A DNA stretch of 64,000 nt from Chloroflexota bacterium (lineage in GTDB: Bacteria; Chloroflexota; Dehalococcoidia; UBA2247; RBG-13-53-26), in the NCBI GenBank assembly GCA_003551705.1, contig PUNJ01000117.1:8041-72040 (forward strand), written 5' to 3'. Shown piece by piece: positions 21,163-30,823 of the stretch (its first letter is position 1; each line of letters begins with the position of its first letter). The notes beneath the pieces were generated by a model. That model saw only the letters and a program-made list of their open reading frames with translations. It did not search any database and had not been told where the DNA came from. The position numbers were made by a program, and so were the translations under genes.

Positions 21163-22362
21163 TCACTTCCCGTTATTGTCTACGAGCATCCTTCTTAGCT
21201 CGACCACCATCGACGCACAGTCTATACTCATGGGACACCTCACCTTGCATCTGCCGCAAGTCAGACAAGTGTAGGCCAGTGAAGCACCTTTCTGCACATC
21301 ATCGCTGAGCAACGCCGCCCAAACAGCACCTACACCCGCAAAGTATTTGTCTCCGAAGTGGCCGGCAGTGGTGGCGAAGACAGGGCACTCGTAAAGGCAG
21401 CCACCACACCGCAAGCAGTAAAGCGCCTGCCTTAATATGGGGTTCTTCGCCAATTCCGTGCGCCCGGCATCCATGAAAATTACGTGAAAATCAGCCGGCC
21501 CGTGCGCCCCATAGGTTGTCACCTTTTCGATGTCGCCGGTCTTGCTGGGGCCGGATACCATGCTGACATAGGACGGGATGGTGTAGTTGGCAAATCTCCA
21601 GGTAACCTCAGATACCTTCCAGGCGTCGCCCAGAGTCGGCACCAGCTTCTCCATACCGATCAGCGCGATGTGTACCGGCGGCGCACCGGTGGCCAGCCGT
21701 ATATTGCCCTCGTTCTCGATGATAAAGAGTGTGCCGGTATCGGCCGAGACCACATTGGCGCCGCTCATGCCTATGTCTGCCCTGAAATACTGCTCCCGCA
21801 AGAGCTTCTTGGCGGTCGCCACCATTCTGCTGATATCCTCCGGTGGATGCTGTTCGCCCGTTATTTTGGAGAACAGTTCAGCTACATCTTCCTTGGGAAC
21901 GTGAATAGCCGGTGATAGAATATGCATGGGTCGAGAGCCCAGTTTCTGTATGATGAACTCACCCAGATCGGTCTCATAGACCTCATTGCCGCGCTCTTCC
22001 ATATGCTCCCGGAGTTCTATTTCCTCCGAGGTCATGCTCTTACCCTTGACGATCACCTTGCCCGTACCGACAAGGCGGTCATGAATGGACAGTGCTTCGG
22101 CAGCGGTCTTGGCGATATATGCCTTTCCCTTGTTCTCCTCTACGGCCTCACATGCCTGAGCCGCCAGCTCGTCCATCCGTCCTATGGATTCTTCCTTTAT
22201 CTGACGCACTTCCTCGGCCATCTTGTAGGTGTGCGGGAACTTCTTCAGGGCATTGCTCGTGTTGCCCCTGTAGCTCTTGATAGCCCTTGACAGCGCCAAA
22301 CCAATGCGCTCGTTGTGAGCGGCTTCCATGATCTCTTTCTTATACTCTTTAAAACTAGACAT
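21163..22362 (-). CDS. LutB-like iron-sulfur protein (LUD/DUF162 domain plus 4Fe-4S dicluster)
   Basis: 399 aa; C-terminal CLRCGGCLYECPVF...CLTCGRCKVRCP. Confidence 0.6.
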   Translation of the reverse strand: MSSFKEYKKEIMEAAHNERIGLALSRAIKSYRGNTSNALKKFPHTYKMAEEVRQIKEESIGRMDELAAQACEAVEENKGKAYIAKTAAEALSIHDRLVGTGKVIVKGKSMTSEEIELREHMEERGNEVYETDLGEFIIQKLGSRPMHILSPAIHVPKEDVAELFSKITGEQHPPEDISRMVATAKKLLREQYFRADIGMSGANVVSADTGTLFIIENEGNIRLATGAPPVHIALIGMEKLVPTLGDAWKVSEVTWRFANYTIPSYVSMVSGPSKTGDIEKVTTYGAHGPADFHVIFMDAGRTELAKNPILRQALYCLRCGGCLYECPVFATTAGHFGDKYFAGVGAVWAALLSDDVQKGASLAYTCLTCGRCKVRCPMSIDCASMVVELRRMLVDNNGK

Positions 22363-22371
22363 CTGACAACC

Positions 22372-23394
22372 TCACATAGCACCGGCGACGACTTCGGCCA
22401 GGTCTAACACCTCAATCTTTTCCGATCCCAGTTCTTTAAGTCCAGCCTTCAGTTGAAGGATGCAGCCAGGACAGTGGGTGACGATTGTGTCCGCCCCTGT
22501 ATCCAGGAGTTCCTTCGTGCGATTCACGGCAAGAATGTGGCTGAGTTCAGGGAAAACAGCCTCGAACCCTCCACCTCCGCCGCAGCAAGTTGACCATTCC
22601 TTCTCAGTCCCTTCACTACTTACGAGTTCAACACCCTCGATCGCACTCAACACCTGACGAGGCTCTTCTATTACCCCCATAAACCTGGAAAGCTGGCAGG
22701 GGTCATGGTACACAACCTTGACCTGGCGTGAGAACTGGAGCTTTCTCGACCCGAGGTTCTCGGCGACTATTTGAATGAAGTGTTTCACTTCCAGATCGGA
22801 ACCACCGTCCTGCGATGCCACGAAATTGCTGAGAGTGTAGGTACAAGAAGGCACGAGCCCTATTATCCGCTTCACACCTCTGGATTTCAGCACCTTGCGC
22901 ACATCCTCGGTGTTCTTGACAAAGTCTCTTTCCAAACCGATGTAGTGCAGCAACCCACCGCAGCAGGGCTCATCTTCACCCAGATAGCCGAACTCAATGC
23001 CAAGCTTGTTCAACACCGTAACCGCATCCTTCAATGGCTTCGTATCGGCCTCATTCCCCCTCACCGTTACCTTTCGATATACGCCACCAAGGTCGATGCC
23101 AAGTTTCTTCTGTAATCCGGCCATTCCCATGGGTAACTCCGCACCTATTTTGCTCTTGTCCATGCCCCGCATCAGGGACATCAGCGAAACGAGATCGCTG
23201 GAGTACTGGTATCCGCACCCAGCAAAGAAAATGGTATCAGTCTCCTTGGAGAACTTGATATCTTTGGCCCACTTCGAGCGGGATCTCTTTGCATCGCCTA
23301 GAATATTGTGCTTGGAAATTATATTATCAGCCAGGTATGCCAACCCTGGAGGGATCAGGCCCTTCGATTTACTACTCATGTGAATAACCCCCAA
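22372..23394 (-). CDS. CCG-domain Fe-S oxidoreductase (HdrB/HdrD/GlcF/LutA/SdhE-like)
   Basis: 340 aa; two CCG motifs (EDEPCCGGLLHY and WSTCCGGGGGFEAV). Confidence 0.65.
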   Translation of the reverse strand: MGVIHMSSKSKGLIPPGLAYLADNIISKHNILGDAKRSRSKWAKDIKFSKETDTIFFAGCGYQYSSDLVSLMSLMRGMDKSKIGAELPMGMAGLQKKLGIDLGGVYRKVTVRGNEADTKPLKDAVTVLNKLGIEFGYLGEDEPCCGGLLHYIGLERDFVKNTEDVRKVLKSRGVKRIIGLVPSCTYTLSNFVASQDGGSDLEVKHFIQIVAENLGSRKLQFSRQVKVVYHDPCQLSRFMGVIEEPRQVLSAIEGVELVSSEGTEKEWSTCCGGGGGFEAVFPELSHILAVNRTKELLDTGADTIVTHCPGCILQLKAGLKELGSEKIEVLDLAEVVAGAM

Positions 23395-23410
23395 TATGAA
23401 TTCGGTCTAC

Positions 23411-24295
23411 TCAGGCGCGTACCGGTAGACGGTCCTTCAGTAGCTGCGATATCTCGCTGGGCCTCTCAGCCACCGGTACGCCGGCGGCAAGGTAGGCATC
23501 CACCTTTGACCGGGCAGTGCCGACATTGCCCATGACGATGGCGCCCGCATGTCCCATTCGCTTTTCAGGAGGAGCGGCCCTTCCCGCAATGTACGCCACC
23601 ACCGGCTTCGGATACCGCGTGTCAGCGATATACTGGGCAGCCATCTCCTCTGCTTTGCCCCCCACCTCACCAATCAATACAACGCCTTTCGTCTCAGCAT
23701 CATTCCTGAACATCTCAAGCAGCTTTACAAAGTCCAACCAAACTATCGCATCACCCCCGATGCCAACGCAAATACTTTGACCCAGTCCGGAACTCGTTAT
23801 GTGCCAGGCGATCTCGTAGGTCAACGTACCGCTTCTGGAGGCTATGGCTACGTTCCCAGCCTGGAAGATGTGACCGGGCATGATGCCAACCTTGACTCTG
23901 TCTACAGGGTTTATGACTCCAGGACAATTGGGTCCGACTATCACTGCGCCGGTCCTCTCCGCTTTGGCAATGAACTCAATGGAGTCTTTCTGCGGTACCA
24001 TCTCGGTAATAATCACCACCGTCTTGATACCTGCATCCAAAGCTTCATGCACTGCGTCAGGAGCGAAGCGCGCAGGTACAAAGATAATGGATGTGTTGGC
24101 CCCACGTTCCGCTACAGCCTGTGGTACCGTCCCATATACAGGCACGCCCTCGACTTCTTGACCTCCTTTGCCTGGAGTGACCCCGGCCACTACATTGGTC
24201 CCGTATCGCAACATGGACTGAGCGTGAAACCTGCCTTCATTACCAGTTATACCCTGCACTACCACCCGGGAACCAGCATCGATTATGCTATTCAA
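23411..24295 (-). CDS. sucD: succinyl-CoA synthetase alpha subunit
   Basis: 294 aa; CoA-binding and catalytic-His region (GHAGAIV) typical of SucD. Confidence 0.9.
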   Translation of the reverse strand: MNSIIDAGSRVVVQGITGNEGRFHAQSMLRYGTNVVAGVTPGKGGQEVEGVPVYGTVPQAVAERGANTSIIFVPARFAPDAVHEALDAGIKTVVIITEMVPQKDSIEFIAKAERTGAVIVGPNCPGVINPVDRVKVGIMPGHIFQAGNVAIASRSGTLTYEIAWHITSSGLGQSICVGIGGDAIVWLDFVKLLEMFRNDAETKGVVLIGEVGGKAEEMAAQYIADTRYPKPVVAYIAGRAAPPEKRMGHAGAIVMGNVGTARSKVDAYLAAGVPVAERPSEISQLLKDRLPVRA

Positions 24296-25437
24296 GACTT
24301 CACCTCACCACTTATCTTCAGTAACTGCTCTGTAGCCGTCTCCATGTCGGGGTATACCCCAATCCCGGCCTCGCTCAATAACCTGGCACCTTCCTCTTCA
24401 TTCGTACCCATCATTCGCACTGCAACCGGCTTCTTCTCCCATGAGGCTTCCAGACCTTGAATGATTCCGTCCGCAACGATATCACATCGCGTGATCCCGC
24501 CCAGAATATTCACCAGGACTCCCTTCACCTCAGGCTTTGACATGACAAGGAGCAAGCCGTTCTTGATGACGTCCACCTTAGCCCCGCCTCCAATATCCAG
24601 AAAATTCGCAGCCCGCCCCCCATAGAGATTCACAAGGTCCATGGTAGCCATTACCAGTCCAGCGCCGTTGCCTACAATACCGATGTTTCCATCCAGTTCT
24701 ACATAAGCCAGACCCTGCCGCCTCGCCACGGCTTCTCTGGGAGTATCTTCAGTCCGCACCATGTCCCGTTGTTCGAATTCAGGGTGGCGAAAAATCGCGT
24801 TCTCATCAATGATTATCCTGGCATCGGCAGCTACGAATGCACCGGTAGACGTCTTTGCCAGGGGATTGAGCTCGACCAATTCAGCATCAAAGTCCATGGC
24901 CACCGTATACAGAGTGGCGGCAACCTTGGCAAAGCCTTCAGTATCACCCTCCGACAGCCCGAACTCCTTAACCATGTTTCTTGCCGCAGCAACATCAAAG
25001 CCCGTTGTGGGTTCCACCCAGTGGCGCAATATCTTATCCGGTGTGGCGCTGGCCACCTCTTCGATGTCCACACCGCCGCTCGTAGACAGCAAAACGACGA
25101 ACTTTCGCTCTTGCCGGTCGACGGTGACCGACGCATAGAGCTGGTCTACCAGGTCAAGCTTCTCTTCTATGAGTACAATCTCTACGGGGATATCCTTGAT
25201 CCTGCTGCCAACAAGTTTCGCCGCAGCATCTCCAGCAGCCTGTGGACTATCGGCAAAAACTATACCGCCTGCCTTGCCTCTGCCCGAGACTTGCACTTGG
25301 GCTTTTATGACTACAGGCCCACCAAAGCCGGCGGCTATGGTCTCCGCTTCGGCAGGATCCATGGTCACCCGCCCGGCCGGTATACCCAGCCCGTACCTTC
25401 CCAGTATTTCTTTGGCTTCATATTCAAAAAGCTTCAA
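24292..25437 (-). CDS. sucC: succinyl-CoA synthetase beta subunit (ATP-grasp)
   Basis: 381 aa; MKLFEYEAKEIL start, ATP-grasp and ligase-CoA domains; 4-nt overlap with sucD. Confidence 0.9.
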   Translation of the reverse strand: MKLFEYEAKEILGRYGLGIPAGRVTMDPAEAETIAAGFGGPVVIKAQVQVSGRGKAGGIVFADSPQAAGDAAAKLVGSRIKDIPVEIVLIEEKLDLVDQLYASVTVDRQERKFVVLLSTSGGVDIEEVASATPDKILRHWVEPTTGFDVAAARNMVKEFGLSEGDTEGFAKVAATLYTVAMDFDAELVELNPLAKTSTGAFVAADARIIIDENAIFRHPEFEQRDMVRTEDTPREAVARRQGLAYVELDGNIGIVGNGAGLVMATMDLVNLYGGRAANFLDIGGGAKVDVIKNGLLLVMSKPEVKGVLVNILGGITRCDIVADGIIQGLEASWEKKPVAVRMMGTNEEEGARLLSEAGIGVYPDMETATEQLLKISGEVKS

Positions 25438-25455
25438 AAACTTCCTCCCGCGGAG

Positions 25456-25860
25456 CTATTGTGGTTCGGTCAACTCAATGAGCGCTCTCGTTCCCTTGGG
25501 ATGCAGGAAGGCTATCTTGTTGTTCCCCGCACCCATACGCGACTTCTTGTCTATGAGCGGTACTCCTCCCTTGTCCAGGTTTTCCAGCACGCTATCTATA
25601 TTGTCTACCTGTAACGCCAGGTGATGCAGACCCTCGCCTCTGGAAGCTATGAACTTGCCGATGGGTCCATCTGGGTCAGTAGTTTCCAGTAACTCTATTC
25701 TGATATCGCCGACAGGAATGACAGCGACACGGACTTTCTGGTCTGATACTATTTCAATATCCTCCACTTTCAAGCCAAGCCATTCCACGTAGGGTTTCAT
25801 GGCTTCCTCAATGCTGTTTACGGCAATCCCGATATGGTTAACCTTCTTTACCACGGCCAT
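25456..25860 (-). CDS. methylmalonyl-CoA epimerase (VOC/glyoxalase fold)
   Basis: 134 aa; HIGIAV...HHLALQV metal-binding pattern; in the mutase operon. Confidence 0.75.
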   Translation of the reverse strand: MAVVKKVNHIGIAVNSIEEAMKPYVEWLGLKVEDIEIVSDQKVRVAVIPVGDIRIELLETTDPDGPIGKFIASRGEGLHHLALQVDNIDSVLENLDKGGVPLIDKKSRMGAGNNKIAFLHPKGTRALIELTEPQ

Positions 25861-26251
25861 TCTCCTTCATCTGCTTCTCGATATAGGCTGTAATGTCTGC
25901 CAGGCGTGTGCCCGGTCCAAACACCCTGGATAGGCCGGCCTCTTGGAGGACTGGGATATCCTTCTCGGGGATGATGCCTCCGCCGACTACAAGGATGTGT
26001 CCAGCGCCCTTGCTGCGCAGTAGTTCCACAACCCTGGGGAAAAGGGTCATGTGAGCCCCCGACAGGCAACTGAGCCCGACAACATCGACGTCTTCCTGTA
26101 CCGCTGCATCGCATATCTGTTCGGGAGTCAGCCGAAGGCCAAGATAGACCACTTCCATACCCGCATCGCGTAGGCCCTGCGCAATGACCTTCGCGCCTCT
26201 GTCATGTCCGTCCAAGCCTGGTTTGGCCACTAGTACTCGAATCTTGTCCAT
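25838..26251 (-). CDS. methylmalonyl-CoA mutase, B12-binding small subunit
   Basis: 137 aa; DGHDRGAKV (DxHxxG cobalamin His-ligand motif), Rossmann-like. Confidence 0.85.
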   Translation of the reverse strand: MDKIRVLVAKPGLDGHDRGAKVIAQGLRDAGMEVVYLGLRLTPEQICDAAVQEDVDVVGLSCLSGAHMTLFPRVVELLRSKGAGHILVVGGGIIPEKDIPVLQEAGLSRVFGPGTRLADITAYIEKQMKENGRGKEG

Positions 26252-26266
26252 GACTTTGATCCCTTC

Positions 26267-27871
26267 CTATAAAATGTTCGGTTCCCGGTATTCTCCGAAT
26301 ACACTCCTGAGTACATCGCTTATTTCGCCCACAGTTGCATACGCCTTCGCTGCCTCAATGAGGGCCGGCATCAGGTTTTGATCACTTTGAGACGTCTCGC
26401 GCACACCTTCCAGTGCTCTGCCGACCTTCTCCTTGTCTCTGCCCTTTCTCAGCTTCTCAAGGCGCTCCGCTTGTTTCTGCTCGATTTCCCGTCCAATCTC
26501 GAGTATCTTGCGTGGTTCAGCCTCAGCTACCTGGTATTTGTTTACTCCAACAATGACCTGATCACCGGAGTCCACCGCTTTCTGAAAACTGTACGAGGAG
26601 CTGGCGATTTCCCTCTGGATATAGCCCTTTTCAATGGCCTTGAGCGCGCCCCCCAGGCGGTCGACCTCCTCAATGTATTCCAGAATCTTCGTTTCCAGAG
26701 CGTTAGTCAGAGACTCAACAAAGAAAGACCCGCCAAGCGGGTCCACCGTATCCGCTACACCACTCTCCTCAGCAATGATCTGTTGTGTCCTCAAGGCCAC
26801 CTGTACCGCTTCCTCGGTGGGCAAAGCCAGTGCTTCGTCATACGAGTTGGTATGTAGTGACTGGCAGCCACCCAGTACTGCTGCGAGCGACTGTATCGTG
26901 ACCCTGACGATGTTGTTCAGCGGCTGCTGTGCAGTGAGTGTGAAGCCATCTGTCTGTACGTGATAACGGAGGGATTGCGACCTGGTATTGGTGCTCCCGA
27001 AACGTTCCTTCATGATCCTGGCCCAGAGACGGCGCAGAGCCCTGTACTTTGCCACCTCTTCCAGCAGATTGGTATAAGCCGCGAAGAAGAATGAGAACCT
27101 CGATGCAAAGGAATCGACTTCCATGCCCTTGGCAATCATGGCCTCTACATAGGCTATGCCATTAGCCAGCGTGAAAGCGGCTTCCTGGGCGGCAGTGGCA
27201 CCGGCCTCCCTCATATGATAACCACTGATACTTATCGAGTTCCACTTGGGCAATTCGTTGGCACAGAAGGAGCATATATCAGTTACAAGCCTCATGGAAG
27301 GTTCCGGGCCAAAGATGTAGGTATTGCGAGCAATATACTCCTTGAGAATGTCATTTTGAACGGTGCCCTCGAGCTTGTTCCGATCAGCCCCCTGCTTCTC
27401 CGCCGCTACAATGTACATGGCGAGAATGATGGGCGCTGTGGCGTTTATGGTCATGGATGTACTGACATCTGCCAGAGGGATGCCCTCCCACAGCCGCTCC
27501 ATATCCTCAAGTGAGTCTACAATTACGCCGCATCTGCCGACCTCGCCTGCCGCCAGCGGATGGTCCGAGTCATACCCCTCCTGGGTAGGTAGCTGGAAGG
27601 CCACGCTGAACCCAGTCTGCCCCTGCTTGTACAGGTACTTGAATCTCTCGTTTGTTTCCTCAACCGTGCCGAAGCCGGCATACTGCCGCATGGTCCAGAG
27701 CCTGCCTCGATAACCAGTGGGCATGATATGCCGGGTGAAGGGGTACTCGCCTGGCAATCCCAGGTCCTCATCCCGAACAGCGGCATCGGCTGCAGTGTAG
27801 ACCCTCTTAACGGGCAAACCATCTACGGTCGTTTTGAATTCGGTCTTTCTTTCGCTGCTCTTATCCGCCAT
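26267..27871 (-). CDS. methylmalonyl-CoA mutase, large catalytic (TIM-barrel) subunit; split archaeal-type
   Basis: 534 aa; [48 protein letters not shown]; start ATG at 27869..27871 with GGAAGAGG SD. Confidence 0.9.
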   Translation of the reverse strand: MADKSSERKTEFKTTVDGLPVKRVYTAADAAVRDEDLGLPGEYPFTRHIMPTGYRGRLWTMRQYAGFGTVEETNERFKYLYKQGQTGFSVAFQLPTQEGYDSDHPLAAGEVGRCGVIVDSLEDMERLWEGIPLADVSTSMTINATAPIILAMYIVAAEKQGADRNKLEGTVQNDILKEYIARNTYIFGPEPSMRLVTDICSFCANELPKWNSISISGYHMREAGATAAQEAAFTLANGIAYVEAMIAKGMEVDSFASRFSFFFAAYTNLLEEVAKYRALRRLWARIMKERFGSTNTRSQSLRYHVQTDGFTLTAQQPLNNIVRVTIQSLAAVLGGCQSLHTNSYDEALALPTEEAVQVALRTQQIIAEESGVADTVDPLGGSFFVESLTNALETKILEYIEEVDRLGGALKAIEKGYIQREIASSSYSFQKAVDSGDQVIVGVNKYQVAEAEPRKILEIGREIEQKQAERLEKLRKGRDKEKVGRALEGVRETSQSDQNLMPALIEAAKAYATVGEISDVLRSVFGEYREPNIL

Positions 27872-27885
27872 GATTTACCTCTTCC

Positions 27886-27920
27886 AAAAAAATAAGAACT
27901 ACCGGTGTTTGTTCCGGTAG
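27886..27920 (-). terminator. rho-independent terminator-like hairpin immediately upstream of the mutase RBS
   Basis: Minus-strand RNA: CUACCGG-AACAAACA-CCGGUAG (perfect 7-bp stem) followed by UUCUUAUUUUUUU, then GGAAGAGG (SD) and AUG of the mutase large subunit. Confidence 0.6.
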
Positions 27921-28150
27921 CCCGTTTATCCAATCCTTGGTTTCTTACGACCGCGGGCCAAACCCACGTCCAACTCCCTTTTTCTCTAGTCTATTCGCCG
28001 ACAGCATTAGCCTCTCCCCAAGCTGTGCTGTTCTCCTAGTAAAGGGGCTTAACCTTGTTACCTCTGTTCCAAGATCAAGCCTTGCTCCCCTTTTAGACCG
28101 ATCCGTGGCATTTGGCCAGACGTCAATGCGACACCAGCTTAGCCAAGTCT
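27921..28150 (-). ncRNA. candidate structured leader or small RNA upstream of the methylmalonyl-CoA operon (function unknown)
   Basis: About 230 nt with no credible ORF, lying between a sigma70-like promoter (TTGACT-N17-TGT-TAGACT, near 28140..28170 on the minus strand) and the terminator above. Contains long imperfect hairpins (e.g. AAAGGGG...CCCCUUU; ACAGCA...UGCUGU). No match to riboswitch classes I can recall. Confidence 0.3.
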
Positions 28151-28206
28151 AACACTTACCCAACGTCAAGTCAAATACGACCTTCGTTGCCATACGTCCA
28201 GTTAGT

Positions 28207-28854
28207 CTAGCTATGAAGCCTATCATAGAACTCCAGGAGGTTATGCACCACTTCATCGCCGCGTTGCACGCTTTTCCTGTCCAGGTGGTAAGACCGGATG
28301 CCCAATGAACGAGGAGCATCGTAATCAAACCTGGGATGGTCACCAACGTGCACTACCTCCTCCGGCGCCACGCCAAGAGCATCACACACTCTGCGGTACA
28401 CTTCAGGGGTCTTCTTCACCTCACCAAAGTCGGAGGTGCAAGAGAAGACAGCCTTGAAATAGCGCTCCAGCGAACCGGCGCCGAGTTCTATTTGGATAAA
28501 CTCGGTCGGAGCGTTTGAAGTCACTACGAGATCATAGTTCTTGTGGAGAAGGCCCAAGACATGTTTCGCATCCGGGAAGGGACTGGCAGCATGCTGGAAG
28601 CTCTCCAGCATGGTACGCCAACCACTGCCCAAGCCCAAGGTCCTAAACCAGTACTTGACGTCGTACCACTCTATCCTGTCTTCACCAACCTTATCATATT
28701 CTCGAAAGACGTGGGTCCTGGCATCATCAAGTGGCATGTTGCAGGCATCAGCAAAGAGCCTCGGAATGCCGTAGCCCCAAACCAGTTCTACGAAGTGGTC
28801 CTGAGTCAAAGTGCCATTCATATCGAAGGAAATGACTTTGTAGGAATTCCTCAT
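28207..28854 (-). CDS. HAD-superfamily hydrolase
   Basis: ORF 28207..29100; real start ATG 28852..28854 (MRNSYKVISFDMNGTLT, HAD motif I DxDGT); AT-rich promoter upstream; the first 82 codons of the ORF are a spurious extension. Confidence 0.6.
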   Translation of the reverse strand: MRNSYKVISFDMNGTLTQDHFVELVWGYGIPRLFADACNMPLDDARTHVFREYDKVGEDRIEWYDVKYWFRTLGLGSGWRTMLESFQHAASPFPDAKHVLGLLHKNYDLVVTSNAPTEFIQIELGAGSLERYFKAVFSCTSDFGEVKKTPEVYRRVCDALGVAPEEVVHVGDHPRFDYDAPRSLGIRSYHLDRKSVQRGDEVVHNLLEFYDRLHS

Positions 28855-28981
28855 AATGTCGAGATTGTTGTTTTCTCCCAATCTTGCAAAATATGCTATA
28901 TATTGTATAAAATAACTATTTGTGCCATCAAGACAAAATGGCTTTTTTGGAAGCCACATTCCAATAAAGGAGGGAAGGTGA

Positions 28982-29350
28982 TTGGATGCTTTAGGTAGAC
29001 ATCTACTCTTGGAACTCAAGGAATGCAACCCCGCAGTCCTAGATGACCTGGCTTTTCTGGAGGAGACCATGTTAACAGCAGCCCAGAAAGCAGGTGCCAC
29101 CGTACTGGAACAGTACTTCCATCAGTTCTCACCTCAAGGAGTCAGCGGCGCCGTGATAATAGCCGAATCCCATCTTTCCCTGCATACCTGGCCGGAGTTC
29201 GGCTACGCCGCAGTCGACATCTTTACATGCGGAGACTCGGTCGATACCGAGGCCGCTGCCGACCTTCTCATCGAGAGACTCCAAAGCAAGGACCCTGTAA
29301 TCATGGAAGTAAAGAGAGGGGTACTGATCAGAACACCAAGCAGAGTGTAG
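28982..29350 (+). CDS. speH: S-adenosylmethionine decarboxylase proenzyme (pyruvoyl-dependent, SpeH type)
   Basis: 122 aa; TTG start with GGAGGG SD; ESHLSLHTWPE self-cleavage motif. Confidence 0.8.
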   Translation: MDALGRHLLLELKECNPAVLDDLAFLEETMLTAAQKAGATVLEQYFHQFSPQGVSGAVIIAESHLSLHTWPEFGYAAVDIFTCGDSVDTEAAADLLIERLQSKDPVIMEVKRGVLIRTPSRV

Positions 29351-29352
29351 GC

Positions 29353-30276
29353 ATGGACGAGTCTGACCCAAACTTATGGTTCCGAGATTCAATTAGCCCA
29401 GACTTTGTGCAACTGCACAGGTTCAGGGAAATAGTGTACTCGGGCACAACCGAATACCAATCATTGGAGATCATCGAGACGGACGCCTTGGGGAGGTGTC
29501 TGGTACTCGACGGAAAGTTGCAGTCCGCCGAGACAGATGAGTTCATTTATCACGAAGCCCTGGTTCATCCAGGTCTGATGGCGCACGCCCATCCCCGGAC
29601 CGTTTTTGTGGCTGGCGGCGGAGAGGGAGCCACCGTCAGAGAGATACTGCGCCACGATTGCGTTGAGCGGGTGATCATGGTGGATATCGACGGGGAGGCC
29701 GTTGACATCTGCCGGCGGTGCCTTACATCCATGAACGCTGAAGCCTTCGATGATCATCGCCTCGAACTTCTACATCAGGATGCCAGGGCGTACCTGGCCA
29801 ATACGGATGTGAAATTCGACGCGTTGATCATGGATATCACGGACCCGCTCGAAGGCGGGCCCGCCTACATGCTATATACTCAAGAATTCTACAAACTTGT
29901 GCATGATCGTCTGGCCCCTGAAGGTATTGTAGCTGTGCAGTCGGGAAGCGCCTCACTGGGGGACCTCAATGTCTTCCTCGCCGTTCACGCAACACTGAAG
30001 ACCGTGTTCCCCCTGGTCTTCCCCTATCATGCCTTCGTACCATCTTTCGGCGGCCTGTGGGGTTTCAACTTGGCCGGTCGAGATTTGGCACCCTTCACCA
30101 TCGCAAATAGCGAGATTGATACGCGAATCGCATCTCGATTGTCCGGTAAGATGCAGTTCTACGACAGCATCACCCATCGCAGCCTATTCAGCCTCCCCCT
30201 ATATTTGCGGCGCGCCCTCGAGGAACAGAGACAAATCATTACAGACGGCAACCCCGTTTTTTTCCACCAGCGCTGA
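29353..30276 (+). CDS. speE: spermidine synthase (aminopropyltransferase)
   Basis: ORF 29227..30276; likely start ATG 29353 (MDESDPNLWF), 2 nt after speH stop; VFVAGGGEGATVREILRH and VIMVDIDGEAVD motifs. Confidence 0.85.
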   Translation: MDESDPNLWFRDSISPDFVQLHRFREIVYSGTTEYQSLEIIETDALGRCLVLDGKLQSAETDEFIYHEALVHPGLMAHAHPRTVFVAGGGEGATVREILRHDCVERVIMVDIDGEAVDICRRCLTSMNAEAFDDHRLELLHQDARAYLANTDVKFDALIMDITDPLEGGPAYMLYTQEFYKLVHDRLAPEGIVAVQSGSASLGDLNVFLAVHATLKTVFPLVFPYHAFVPSFGGLWGFNLAGRDLAPFTIANSEIDTRIASRLSGKMQFYDSITHRSLFSLPLYLRRALEEQRQIITDGNPVFFHQR

Positions 30277-30297
30277 CGGTCTGCTCCCATATCCTCC

Positions 30298-30346
30298 TTG
30301 ACTTGCACCCTGCGACATCTATATAATGTTGATAAAGTTAATCAAC
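30298..30346 (+). promoter_or_regulatory. sigma70-like promoter (TTGACT-N18-TATAAT) with overlapping inverted repeat GTTGAT-N7-ATCAAC: candidate autoregulatory Rrf2 operator
   Basis: -35 at 30298..30303, -10 at 30322..30327, inverted repeat at 30328..30346, ATG of the Rrf2 gene at 30352 with almost no leader. Confidence 0.5.
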
Positions 30347-30351
30347 AAACT

Positions 30352-30795
30352 ATGAAACTTTCTACTCGAAGTCGATACGGACTGACCGCTCTCTTGGACA
30401 TAGCCTCGCAGCCCTCAGACAAGCCGGTCCTGCTCAAGGACATAGCCAAGAGACAGCAGATTCCCGCCCAGTACCTGCATCAACTGGTTACGCCTTTAAT
30501 AAAGGCGGGAATCCTGTTCAGCGTGCGTGGGGCTCATGGGGGCGTCAGCCTGGCCAAACCTTCGAACGAGATAGTCCTCGAGACCGTCATCCGAATTCTC
30601 GAAGGATCAATTGCGCCCGTCAAGTGCGTTGACGACCCTAAATCGTGCACCCGTTCCGATTTCTGTGTGACTCGCGAGGTCTGGACCGAGGTGAATCAGG
30701 CGATGACGGGTGTGCTCGAGTCCATAACCTTGCAGGACCTTGTGATACGTCAACGAGAGAAGGAACAACTGAAGACCACCATGTACTACATCTAG
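30352..30795 (+). CDS. Rrf2-family transcriptional regulator (IscR/CymR-like, three-Cys Fe-S ligand set)
   Basis: Start MKLSTRSRYGLTALLDIA (ORF 30298 begins on the -35 hexamer). Winged-helix N-terminus, then C-x6-C-x5-C (CVDDPKSCTRSDFC). Confidence 0.8.
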   Translation: MKLSTRSRYGLTALLDIASQPSDKPVLLKDIAKRQQIPAQYLHQLVTPLIKAGILFSVRGAHGGVSLAKPSNEIVLETVIRILEGSIAPVKCVDDPKSCTRSDFCVTREVWTEVNQAMTGVLESITLQDLVIRQREKEQLKTTMYYI

Positions 30796-30823
30796 CCAAG
30801 GGAAGGACCGTACAAGCAGACCA

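Noticed and set aside
27872-28206. Adenosylcobalamin riboswitch upstream of the B12-dependent mutase
   Set aside because: Only a weak GCCACGG resemblance to the B12 box and no recognisable GGGAA/GGUG core. B12 riboswitches are also not expected to sit in front of a B12-dependent enzyme. Kept as a generic structured leader/ncRNA candidate.
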